A DNA stretch of 41,285 nt from Candidatus Woesearchaeota archaeon. GTDB lineage: Archaea; Nanobdellota; Nanobdellia; SCGC-AAA011-G17; GW2011-AR17. Where the stretch lies: contig CAZUKZ010000004.1 of the NCBI GenBank assembly GCA_964621125.1, forward strand, positions 1 through 41,285, given 5' to 3'. Within the stretch, counting starts at the first letter, position 1; each line of letters opens with the position of its first letter. The translations under genes were made by a program, and so were the position numbers. The notes beneath the pieces were generated by a model that saw only the letters and a program-made list of their open reading frames with translations, did not search any database and was not told the origin of the DNA. Positions 1-8,531 of this stretch are shown here, in pieces.

Positions 1-1
1 T

Positions 2-23
2 CTTAAGCCTTTCGAGGCTTAAG
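2..23. repeat. Perfect inverted repeat CTTAAGCCT-TTCG-AGGCTTAAG (hairpin or operator)
   Basis: 9-bp perfect arms around a 4-nt spacer, 21 bp past the stop of the HTH gene and just downstream of a minus-strand BRE/TATA-like AAACCTTTAATAAAA (44..30). Confidence 0.6.
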
Positions 24-44
24 GACATATTTTATTAAAGGTTT

Positions 45-728
45 CTACACAGCCGCTTTAGCTTTAATTCTCTTGATTAACATATAGATTACAAATAATA
101 TCAAGGTTAGTAATGAACCAAAGAAAAACCATAAGGCATAGTTAGGATCTCTAGGCAAAAGTATTGCAGACAAATCTGTTGTAGCGTTAACTGTTATGTT
201 AACAACGTCCTGTGCTACTTGAGGAGCAGCCTTAGATGCTAATGAAAGTTTGACAACTGGAGCTGATGCGGTTTCAGAAACTACATCTCCCGGCACCGGA
301 TACGTAAACTTCAAAAATAAGTTTGACAAATCCTTAAATCTAGAAACTAAGTATAAAGCCGCAGCCACCCCAAAAGATAGCAAAGCTACGGGAACAAGGC
401 CTTTTATCTTATCCAAAAATCCTTCTGAACCTTTAGGAGCCATAATTACTATTTTCTTAGACACAGTATAAAGCTCTACTTTCTTTCCTTTTTCACTCCA
501 TGCAAAATCTTTGACCTCAATAAGCCCGGCCTTAAGAAGATGCTGAACATTATAATGTACAGTAGACAACGGAATCTTCAACACCCTAGCAATCTGTGAC
601 TCAGCTAATTCTTCCTGCCCCCCAAGGTATTCCAATATTCTCCTAGAAGTATCACTACTTATCACTTTAGCTAATTCCTTAGATTTCTTGTCTTCTAAAG
701 ACACTAATATGAACGATTCTTTTGACAT
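45..728 (-). CDS. Membrane-anchored ArsR-like winged-HTH transcriptional regulator
   Basis: N-terminal wHTH (SRRILEYL...ESQIARVLKIPLSTVHYNVQHLLKAGLIE), then two hydrophobic segments flanking an S/T/A-rich linker, then a basic tail. Confidence 0.8.
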   Translation of the reverse strand: MSKESFILVSLEDKKSKELAKVISSDTSRRILEYLGGQEELAESQIARVLKIPLSTVHYNVQHLLKAGLIEVKDFAWSEKGKKVELYTVSKKIVIMAPKGSEGFLDKIKGLVPVALLSFGVAAALYLVSRFKDLSNLFLKFTYPVPGDVVSETASAPVVKLSLASKAAPQVAQDVVNITVNATTDLSAILLPRDPNYALWFFFGSLLTLILFVIYMLIKRIKAKAAV

Positions 729-787
729 ACAGGTTAAGAAATAAAGAAACTATATAAAGGTTTTTTAGACTACAACCTAGATTAAAG

Positions 788-3412
788 TCATTCAACCAAG
801 ATAGCTGGTTTACCAGGAATCGCTTGTTTAGCCTTCCCTTCCTTGGAATCCTCGGCCAACACAAAGTCAAACTCCGCATTAAATTCCTCAACCAACCCAC
901 CCATAACCTTATCTAAGATTTGTGTCTCAGTCTTCTGGTCAATATCCGAAGTAGGAAGTTTTGAAGGGTCCTTTATCAAACCTGGCAATATTTTAGTTAT
1001 ATCTTTGCCATACCTTTTCAATTCAGTCCCCATTACAGCTTTTAGTATTTCCTTAAAATCCCTTGTCTTTTTCAGTTTTTTCTTCAATAATTTAACAAGT
1101 TCATATTTCCATCCAGGAGAAACAATCAACACCACTTTTTTAGGCTTCTCAATCTTTGCTATCTTGATTATGGTATTGACATCACTTTTCAAGTCATCAA
1201 AATAATCGTCTTCATACTCTAAAGACTCATCTATCAGCTTTTCATCAAACTTAGGCCAGTTTTCCAAGCTTAAGAAAGGCTTTTTGCCCAACTTTTCCCA
1301 AAGCTCCTCAGCCATATGAGGACAAAAAGGACTTAAGAGTTTTAAGAAAATTTCTAAAGTATCCATACTTTCTTCTTCCCCCAATCTTTCAAATAATTTT
1401 CTTAACTTGATTACAGCCAAATTATATTTGAGATTCTCTATATCCCAAGTTATACCTTTCATAGCCTTATGTAGCCTACTTATCGTCTTAGCATCAGAAT
1501 TCCCAATATTGACTTCAGCAAAATATTCTATAACTTTAGTTAAAAATTTATATGAACCTACCAACCCCTTATCACTCCAATTAAAATCGCTATCCGGACT
1601 TGCGACAGAAACTAAAAAAATTCTTAAGGCATCTGCTCCCTTATCATCAACAATTTCCAAAGGATTAATCACATTTCCTAATGACTTCGACATCTTATTG
1701 CCATCTTCAGCATGCAACATGCCTTGATTAAACAACTTTACCGCAGGCTCATCAAAGTCTAACAGCCCAATATCCCTCAAAACTTTCGTATAAAATCGAA
1801 TATAAATAAGATGCATGCACGCATGCTCCTTCCCCCCTATATACATATCAATAGGGTTCCAATAATTAACTTTATCTTTATCAAAGATCTTAGCATCATT
1901 ATTAGAATCAACATATCTCAACTGGTACCATGATGAATTAACAAACGTATCCATGGTATCAGTTTCCCTTTTTGCAGGACATCCACATTTAGGACATGTA
2001 GTATTGATAAAATTTGCGTTTGTTTCTAATGGATTCCCTAAACCAAATTTAACATCATGCGGTAATTCAACAGGTAAATTTTCATCAGCAACAGCACCAC
2101 ACTTTTGACAATTGACTATAGGTATGGGTGTACCCCAATACCTCTGCCTCGAGATTAACCAATCTCTTAATTTATAATTAACAGTTTTCTTACCCTTGCC
2201 TTTTTTTTCAAGTTCTTTTGTTATATTGTCAATAGCCTTCCTATTGTCCAAACCATCAAATTTATCAGAATTTACAAGCACTCCTTCATCAACAAAAGCT
2301 TTTGACATTGATTCTACCTTAAGTTCCTTCCCTTTAGGAGTTATGACTACTTTAAGAGGAATATCATACTTTTTTGCAAATTCAAAATCTCTCTGGTCAT
2401 GCGTTGGCACTGCCATTACCATACCACTTCCATAATCTGCAAGTACAAAGTTTCCCGCAAAAACGGGTATTTTTTTCTTAGTTAAAGGATGGATAGCATA
2501 ACTTCCTGTAAAGACCCCCTCTTTTTCCAACTGTCCTATATCCTCTTCACTGACAGAAGCTAATTTTTTCGTAAACGCCTCAACATACTTTTTTTGATCA
2601 TCTGTAACTAACTGCCTTAATTTTGGATGCTGAGCAGAAACAACCATAAAAGTAACCCCATACAACGTATCAGGCCTTGTCGTAAAAACTTTCCATTCTT
2701 TTTTGTTTATCTCAAATATTATCTCAGTCCCATAGCTCTTCCCAATCCAATTCTCTTGCAACTTTTTTATCAAATCCGGCCAACCATTAAGCTTGCTAAA
2801 ATCATTGAGTTCCTCTACATAATCAGTTATCTTAAGGAACCATTGGCTCAGATTCTTGACCTGGACCTCAGTATCCTCATGTCTCCAACATTTTCCATTG
2901 TGTACTTGCTCATTAGCTAACACAGAATTACATTCGGGACACCAATTCACGGGACTCTCTTTCTTATAAGCCAAACCTTTTTCAAACATCTTTAAGAATA
3001 TCCACTGATCCCATTTGTAATAAGATGGATCGCTGGTTTTCAATACTCTTGACCAGTCATATGTTATCCCCAAACATTTTTGTTGCTTTATGAAATTTTT
3101 GATAGCAGTATCAGTATACTCTTGAGGGTGTATCCCTGCCTTTATTGCAGCATTTTCTGCAGGTAAACCCAAAGAATCGTAACCCATAGGATGCAAAACA
3201 TTGAAACCATTCATAAGCTTGAACCTTGCAAAGATATCTCCAATTGTATAATTCAGTGCATGGCCAAGATGTAATCCAGAACCTGATGGATATGGAAACA
3301 TTTCCAAAACATAGAATTTTTTTCTCTTATCAGGATTTACCTCAAAAACCTTCTCCTCTTCCCATCTCTTTTGCCATTTCTCCTGAATTGCTTGAAAATC
3401 CACCATTTTCAT
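788..3412 (-). CDS. leuS: Leucine--tRNA ligase (bacterial-type core, archaeal-type C-terminus)
   Basis: MFPYPSGSGLHLGH (HIGH), VFTTRPDT editing motif, LRDWLISRQRYWGTPIP, KMSKS, C-terminal PGKPAILVE. Confidence 0.97.
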   Translation of the reverse strand: MKMVDFQAIQEKWQKRWEEEKVFEVNPDKRKKFYVLEMFPYPSGSGLHLGHALNYTIGDIFARFKLMNGFNVLHPMGYDSLGLPAENAAIKAGIHPQEYTDTAIKNFIKQQKCLGITYDWSRVLKTSDPSYYKWDQWIFLKMFEKGLAYKKESPVNWCPECNSVLANEQVHNGKCWRHEDTEVQVKNLSQWFLKITDYVEELNDFSKLNGWPDLIKKLQENWIGKSYGTEIIFEINKKEWKVFTTRPDTLYGVTFMVVSAQHPKLRQLVTDDQKKYVEAFTKKLASVSEEDIGQLEKEGVFTGSYAIHPLTKKKIPVFAGNFVLADYGSGMVMAVPTHDQRDFEFAKKYDIPLKVVITPKGKELKVESMSKAFVDEGVLVNSDKFDGLDNRKAIDNITKELEKKGKGKKTVNYKLRDWLISRQRYWGTPIPIVNCQKCGAVADENLPVELPHDVKFGLGNPLETNANFINTTCPKCGCPAKRETDTMDTFVNSSWYQLRYVDSNNDAKIFDKDKVNYWNPIDMYIGGKEHACMHLIYIRFYTKVLRDIGLLDFDEPAVKLFNQGMLHAEDGNKMSKSLGNVINPLEIVDDKGADALRIFLVSVASPDSDFNWSDKGLVGSYKFLTKVIEYFAEVNIGNSDAKTISRLHKAMKGITWDIENLKYNLAVIKLRKLFERLGEEESMDTLEIFLKLLSPFCPHMAEELWEKLGKKPFLSLENWPKFDEKLIDESLEYEDDYFDDLKSDVNTIIKIAKIEKPKKVVLIVSPGWKYELVKLLKKKLKKTRDFKEILKAVMGTELKRYGKDITKILPGLIKDPSKLPTSDIDQKTETQILDKVMGGLVEEFNAEFDFVLAEDSKEGKAKQAIPGKPAILVE

Positions 3413-3432
3413 GATAAGCTATTCAAAGATAG

Positions 3433-3474
3433 TATATAAATGTTTTCAGGAATTATTTTAAAAAAGCTTAAATA
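3433..3474. promoter_or_regulatory. Divergent BRE/TATA promoters for leuS (-) and the 3497 ORF (+)
   Basis: Minus strand AAAACATTTATATAC and plus strand AAAAAGCTTAAATA, each about 20-25 bp before an ATG, implying near-leaderless transcripts. Confidence 0.6.
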
Positions 3475-3496
3475 TCTCCTCTCCCCTTAATATCTT

Positions 3497-4468
3497 ATGC
3501 CTAGGCTTAAAATTCCAAATGGGAAAAAAATGAAAACTCCTAGTAACAAAGGGGAAGGTCTTGAACTTCTAAAAAAAGGATGGAAAAACGCTTTGGATGG
3601 CTTGGCAGGACTTGTTGGTGGTGCCACTCATGCGATTGGTTCTGTAACAAAAGGAGTAGGCAGCGGGGTAGCTCACTTTTTTGACAGAAGCAAGTATGGA
3701 ATATCGGAAGCGGCTAAAGGGGCAGGGCATGCTGTTGAAGGCACAGGATATGGAGTCCGAGAAGTTGGAAAAGGCGTAGGGCATGTTGCTGAAGGTGCTG
3801 GTTATGGTGTAAAAGGCTTTGGAAGAGGTGTAAGGAATATAGCAAAGAGTGTCTCAGAAGCAAAAGTCTCCAACAAAGACGTAGTCAAAATAAGCTATAA
3901 GGATTTAAAAGCATTACAAAATATGGAACCTGAAAAACAAGCAAAAGCCTTAGAAAAGTATCTAGTAAAGCAACAAGGCAAGAAAATTGTGGAAGTTCCT
4001 ACATCAAAGCTTGAAGGAGCACTGGAAAGTTTAAAGTATAAGACATCCGACGAAGTTGTTAGTGAACTAGAAGGAAAAATGGCTAGCGCTAAAGAAGGTT
4101 ATGTCATAATGTCTAAAGAAAGATGGGACAAATTAAAAGTGTTAGAAGAAGGAGCACCAGACAACCCTATGAAAAAGTTCATGCAATCAGGAGATAAAGT
4201 AATTCAGAAAGGGAATGTTAAGATTCCAGCAGATGAATTAGCATCTGCAATCACCGCTTATCACCATAACAAAGGAAAATCTCCTTTAGAAACTATTGCT
4301 AGGTATACTACTTTAATACTCTTCAGTGCATCAATAATACTTCTTGCTCCCGATTCCATGACAGGATTCGCCGTACTTTCAGGAGAAACAGCTTCTTTCA
4401 GTTATAGGTCATTAGTAGGAGTAGCGATCTTAACCATATCGCTCTTATTAATTTCAAGAAAACGCTAA
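3497..4468 (+). CDS. Hypothetical protein with Gly-rich amphipathic repeats and a C-terminal two-TM hairpin
   Basis: 323-aa ORF with own promoter; KGxGHxxEGxGYGV repeats; TM-MTGFAV-TM-RKR at the C-terminus. Confidence 0.75.
   Translation: MPRLKIPNGKKMKTPSNKGEGLELLKKGWKNALDGLAGLVGGATHAIGSVTKGVGSGVAHFFDRSKYGISEAAKGAGHAVEGTGYGVREVGKGVGHVAEGAGYGVKGFGRGVRNIAKSVSEAKVSNKDVVKISYKDLKALQNMEPEKQAKALEKYLVKQQGKKIVEVPTSKLEGALESLKYKTSDEVVSELEGKMASAKEGYVIMSKERWDKLKVLEEGAPDNPMKKFMQSGDKVIQKGNVKIPADELASAITAYHHNKGKSPLETIARYTTLILFSASIILLAPDSMTGFAVLSGETASFSYRSLVGVAILTISLLLISRKR
3716..3832 (+). repeat. Degenerate 54-bp (18-aa) tandem coding repeat
   Basis: KGAGHAVEGTGYGVREVG / KGVGHVAEGAGYGVKGFG / RGV; both full units retain AGGGCATG...TGAAGG...TATGG. 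Confidence 0.75.
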
Positions 4469-4608
4469 TCAATTACCTTTTTTTGTTGTTTAGACCATTC
4501 CTTATTAGGTGTTTTTTTCAACCATTCAACATACAGGTCTATAAACTTCAATCTTTCTTCATTATTTTTCCTTATAGATTCCTTCATTTCTTCTACATCA
4601 ATATTCAT
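4465..4608 (-). CDS. 47-aa small protein not in the ORF track (MNIDVEEMKESIRKNNEERLKFIDLYVEWLKKTPNKEWSKQQKKVID)
   Basis: Manually translated; ATG overlaps the 3' end of the nucleotidyltransferase gene and the ORF exactly fills the gap to the convergent gene. Confidence 0.75.
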   Translation of the reverse strand: MNIDVEEMKESIRKNNEERLKFIDLYVEWLKKTPNKEWSKQQKKVID

Positions 4609-5257
4609 ATCCAAGATGCCCCTTAGCTTTCTTTATATCTATCCCTAACTTCCTTAAGTATATTTCTATTTTTTCAAATTCAAGCTTTTCCTTGAAAAGT
4701 TTATAGAGGAATCTTGCATCTTCAATATCTTTGTTTATATTAAAACTTACTGCTTCATCAGGAGTCAAACTAGCAAGACCAAGAAAGAGTTTATAAGCAA
4801 TTTGAAGTTCAAGACTTGAAACTGATATGGGATGATTATTTAATTTTAGAGATAAACAATTGTTTAAGGCAAAATTATCTATTTCAAATTTAGGAAATTT
4901 AATTTCCATATTAGGAATTATTTTTCCATTATAAGCAAACCTTAAAGCCATACCCTTAATAAGCATCTCATAAGCATCCTTAACATCGTCAGTATTCAAG
5001 CAATCATATTCATCCATTAGAGTTAACCATAATTGATTAAATTCGTCAAAAGGAATCATTTTTATAAACATATCTATATCTTCAGTACTCCTACTTCTTC
5101 CAAAAACTAAAGCTACATATCCAGATATGATTACATATTGAATACGGTTCAAATGTTTAACAAAATCAATAACAAATTTATCTATACTATTAAGTTCCTT
5201 ATCCAAAGATATATTAGGCCCCTCAAACTCAATTTCCATATTATCATTGATAATCAT
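4598..5257 (-). CDS. Pol-beta superfamily nucleotidyltransferase (DUF6036/AbiEii-like motif pattern)
   Basis: YVIISGYVALVFGRSRSTEDIDM (G-[GS]-type motif plus RxTxDxD), IAYKL, KDIEDARFL. Confidence 0.75.
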   Translation of the reverse strand: MIINDNMEIEFEGPNISLDKELNSIDKFVIDFVKHLNRIQYVIISGYVALVFGRSRSTEDIDMFIKMIPFDEFNQLWLTLMDEYDCLNTDDVKDAYEMLIKGMALRFAYNGKIIPNMEIKFPKFEIDNFALNNCLSLKLNNHPISVSSLELQIAYKLFLGLASLTPDEAVSFNINKDIEDARFLYKLFKEKLEFEKIEIYLRKLGIDIKKAKGHLGYEY

Positions 5258-5793
5258 TTTCCCTTTAAAAGCCTTCTTCTATTCCAACCCACCCAACCCA
5301 TTAGTAATAAGCAAATAATAGCACAAGCAATCAAAATAGTTAATACAATCTCTCTCCAACTCCACCCTACCCTTACCACCACTTTCTCCTTGCCAATATC
5401 CTTAATAACTCTGCCAGTCAAAATATTAGGTTTATTCTTCTCAAACTTTGAACATTCAAGAGTTAAAGGCAAAAGCACAGAATTCACAACATTTGCTCCT
5501 TCCGCTAACTCATCTACGTAAACACTTAATGAAAAATTCCCAATGTCCTTGGGAAAGATAGTAAGATTAAAAACCACTCCTTCACCATTTTCAAGATAAG
5601 CTTTTTGGGGTTCAACTTTAAAATCCAGGTCAACAACGCTTAAAGAATACTCTGCCCCGTACTCTAAGTTATTAAAAACTTTTATTTGACGAGTAGCATT
5701 ATACTCTACAACCCCATAATCTAAACTAATGGGGGTCACAGCTAATGCAAAAACATTTGGTATGAAGATTAAAAAAAGAAAAAAATATTTCAC
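5254..5793 (-). CDS. Secreted Ig/PapD-like domain protein with C-terminal TM anchor
   Basis: Signal peptide, VTPISL...IKVFN beta-rich domain, LTGRVI, TM helix, basic tail. Confidence 0.7.
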   Translation of the reverse strand: MKYFFLFLIFIPNVFALAVTPISLDYGVVEYNATRQIKVFNNLEYGAEYSLSVVDLDFKVEPQKAYLENGEGVVFNLTIFPKDIGNFSLSVYVDELAEGANVVNSVLLPLTLECSKFEKNKPNILTGRVIKDIGKEKVVVRVGWSWREIVLTILIACAIICLLLMGWVGWNRRRLLKGK

Positions 5794-7056
5794 TTATACC
5801 ACCCTCGAAATAACCCTTAGGGTAGTGGCATACGCCCCAGATCTGATATTCTCTGGCACAGCTAACCTCATATTGACACTCATAGATTCATTTGGGTTTA
5901 CATTAGAATCTAAGATCAACGGATCTAAAGAAATTTTTTTCCACTTACCAGCCTGCTTTACCTCAAGGCTTTCAACTGGCATACTATCATCACCAGATTT
6001 CAGTTCCATCCCAGACATTTCATATCCAACTTTCACATTTCCAGTATTCCTCACAGTGATAATCTCTTCAGAAGATAGTTCTCCAGGATTTAAATTAGAG
6101 AAATGCACATAGGATGTTTCAAGTTTTGATGATAATAGAGCAAGATATTCAAACGATAGATTTGCAGATACCCTTTCATCAGAATCCCCCACTAAAAAAT
6201 GAACAATATGATTCCCTGCATAAGCATTAGAACTCATCTTGAACGTCCCATTGAAAATGGCAGTAGAATTGTCTTTAATATGCTTTTTCAATTTTACAGT
6301 CATATTCACTAGCTTAACTTCACCACTCACAAGATCATCAACTCCATTTTTGTCTTCGACCATTATTTCCACAACGATTTCCTTTTCTCCAATTATATCA
6401 GGCATTATCTGCACACCTTCTTCCAAAGAATCATCTGTAATAATTCTAGCAAACTTAAATACCGGTTTGAGATTTTTTATTGTCGCATTTATACTTAAAG
6501 TATTTCCCGAGACTCTACCATCCCTTCCCTTTCCAGGAGTCCCATTTATCTTCCTACTTTCAGCCCAATTTTCATAAGTATTAAGCAATGAAAGGTTCAC
6601 TCTTTCCAATGTCTTCCCATTTTTATTCCCTCCAAAAGAAGAGTTATAGTATAACCTTTCCTCATAAGTCCCATTGGATAATACAACAGTGTCATCTAAA
6701 GCTAAACTGAAATAGCCGTCTACTGCCTTAAACCCATCCCCACCATCCCAAACACCATCACCATTCCCCCATAGAGACTCGAAACTTTCATTATCTACAT
6801 CCCCACCGTCTACCAATTCCTTCGCTATAACAAGATACTCTTTAGGGCCTATCACAACATCATCAAATGCATAGCCATCTATTGTCCACTTATTCAAATC
6901 AATTGTACCGTTAGTTGGGTTATATATTTCAATCCATTCTCCGTCTGTGTCAGATACTGTCTGTGAGGGTGCGTACATCACTTCTGTAATTATGACATTG
7001 GCAGAAGCATTAGCCAATAAAACAAACAGCATGAGCACCCAAATTATTTTTTTCAC
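5794..7056 (-). CDS. Lamin-tail-domain (LTD) secreted protein with additional beta-sandwich domains
   Basis: Signal peptide; VIITEVMYAP...EWIEIYNPT..IDLNKWTI...GTPG LTD signature; GGAGGTG Shine-Dalgarno before GTG. Confidence 0.85.
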   Translation of the reverse strand: MKKIIWVLMLFVLLANASANVIITEVMYAPSQTVSDTDGEWIEIYNPTNGTIDLNKWTIDGYAFDDVVIGPKEYLVIAKELVDGGDVDNESFESLWGNGDGVWDGGDGFKAVDGYFSLALDDTVVLSNGTYEERLYYNSSFGGNKNGKTLERVNLSLLNTYENWAESRKINGTPGKGRDGRVSGNTLSINATIKNLKPVFKFARIITDDSLEEGVQIMPDIIGEKEIVVEIMVEDKNGVDDLVSGEVKLVNMTVKLKKHIKDNSTAIFNGTFKMSSNAYAGNHIVHFLVGDSDERVSANLSFEYLALLSSKLETSYVHFSNLNPGELSSEEIITVRNTGNVKVGYEMSGMELKSGDDSMPVESLEVKQAGKWKKISLDPLILDSNVNPNESMSVNMRLAVPENIRSGAYATTLRVISRVV

Positions 7057-7213
7057 TTTTATACACCTCCAATTTTTGTATTAGATTTGTTTTAAAATTA
7101 AGCTTAAAAAAGATAATTGAAAAAACTCCCTATTTTTTTCGGTAGATTCAAAAAAGTGAACAAATCAGCCAGAGTTTGAGCTTTATTAAGATTTTATAGA
7201 GCTCAATATAGAA

Positions 7214-7229
7214 CGAAAGGTTTAAAAAG
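7214..7229 (+). promoter_or_regulatory. BRE/TATA promoter of tRNA-Arg
   Basis: CGAAAGGTTTAAAAAG about 25 bp upstream of the mature tRNA 5' end. Confidence 0.7.
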
Positions 7230-7253
7230 AATCCTAATTCAAGAAAGGTTAAT

Positions 7254-7359
7254 GGGCCCATAGCCTAGTCTGGATAGGGCATCAGCCTTCTAAGCTGAGG
7301 GTCGAGGGTTCAAATCTGTTATGGCATCGGTTCGTACAGTGAAAGTCCCTCTGGGCCCA
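7254..7359 (+). tRNA. tRNA-Arg(TCT) with a 31-nt non-canonical intron at position 59/60 (7315..7345)
   Basis: Acceptor stem GGGCCCA/TGGGCCC, anticodon arm TCAGC-CTTCTAA-GCTGA; T arm GAGGG-TTCAAAT-CCCTC is restored after removing 7315..7345. Confidence 0.93.
7315..7345 (+). other. BHB-type tRNA intron in the T-loop
   Basis: GAGGG/CCCTC helix, central TTCA/TGAA 4-bp helix, 3-nt bulges AAT and AGT, inner CTGT/ACAG helix. Confidence 0.9.
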
Positions 7360-7436
7360 TCCCACTGAAAAAGAGAGGTGATACTTTTTTATTACCAAAA
7401 CTTAATAAATGAGTATTAGATATAAATCCTTAACAG

Positions 7437-7509
7437 GCAGGTGTGCCCAAGCGGTTAAGGGGATCGGCTGCAACCCGATTATTCCCAGGTTCGAATCCTG
7501 GCACCTGCT
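7437..7509 (+). tRNA. tRNA-Cys(GCA)
   Basis: GCAGGTG/CACCTGC acceptor stem, ATCGG-CTGCAAC-CCGAT anticodon arm, CCAGG-TTCGAAT-CCTGG T arm, U73 discriminator, upstream AAAACTTAATAA and downstream T-run. Confidence 0.96.
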
Positions 7510-7574
7510 TTTCTTTATTCTCAACCCATTTTATCCATAAAACTTAAAAGAAACCTCTCAAACCCTATTAAAAT

Positions 7575-8531
7575 ATGGTATCCTTCATAGATTGGCTCTT
7601 CAGAAAGGACCAAAACCCAGATAGCATTTATGCTACAATAAAAGAATCTATGTACCATTATGGTAAAAACACTCAAGAACAGGAAAGTGGAGGTTTTGTT
7701 ATCCTCACTTCAAACATCATTCCAGCAAACCTAAAATCATTGCTATCAAGAAAAAGCAAGTTCAAAAACTTTTACTATGGGGATTACAGTAAAAGGCCCG
7801 AAAGATATAAGATAATCCCAACCAACCACACCCTAGAATTAAAAATAAGGGATCATTTCTTAGACATAAAGAGATTTAAGGCAAAGAAATCATGGGACCT
7901 CCCAATCCCCCACATTATGCGCCTTGCTACAGAATACTGGGCCGATGAAATGTGTGTAATGAGAAAATTCACACTCATACCTTTTTGCAATGCTCTAAGA
8001 AATAGAGATAATGTTGTGGGGGAAGCGAACGTAAGGCAAGATGTAAGCTTGCTCTTTGGCATCAATGACCTTGCTAACATAATTGCAAGTGCCTACAACG
8101 TCCTAAATCCCAGATTATTAGATGTTGATGAAGAATATGTACTTCTAGAAGAGCAGGGCTTTCCCATAATGTATGCTAAGCAAGATAAAGGCCTGTGCAC
8201 CATCACTTTAGATCATGACCACAAGCCTAGAGTTACTATGTATACCAAAAATGACTCCTCAGAGTTCAAGTACGATCTTAACTTAAGCGATAGTATTCAG
8301 CTTTATACAAGAAAACCTTATCCAAGGGTCGCAACTGATACTGAAGAGCAGTCTCGAATAAGATTAATAGGTAGAAACGTACGTGTTTTAGCACATGGAC
8401 GGAAAGATAAGGGTGAAGTTATAAGACAAGAGATAGCATCTTCAAACCAACTTAGACACCTCGTCAAATTCAAAACAATTCTGAATAGTAAAGGGAAAAA
8501 ATGGTTGACAAATCACCGCAGGGCTACATAG
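7575..8531 (+). CDS. Hypothetical protein (318 aa)
   Basis: Long ORF in AT-rich DNA with BRE/TATA (AAAACTTAAAAG) about 25 bp upstream; no motif recognised. Confidence 0.7.
   Translation: MVSFIDWLFRKDQNPDSIYATIKESMYHYGKNTQEQESGGFVILTSNIIPANLKSLLSRKSKFKNFYYGDYSKRPERYKIIPTNHTLELKIRDHFLDIKRFKAKKSWDLPIPHIMRLATEYWADEMCVMRKFTLIPFCNALRNRDNVVGEANVRQDVSLLFGINDLANIIASAYNVLNPRLLDVDEEYVLLEEQGFPIMYAKQDKGLCTITLDHDHKPRVTMYTKNDSSEFKYDLNLSDSIQLYTRKPYPRVATDTEEQSRIRLIGRNVRVLAHGRKDKGEVIRQEIASSNQLRHLVKFKTILNSKGKKWLTNHRRAT

Noticed and set aside
7176-7206. Inverted repeat TTGAGCT...AGCTCAA upstream of tRNA-Arg, with a similar AGAGCTCAA near 29808
   Set aside because: Short arms built around a self-complementary AGCT; not distinguishable from chance
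7254-7509. tRNA genes as attachment site of an integrated element
   Set aside because: No duplicated tRNA 3' end noticed and no integrase in the window
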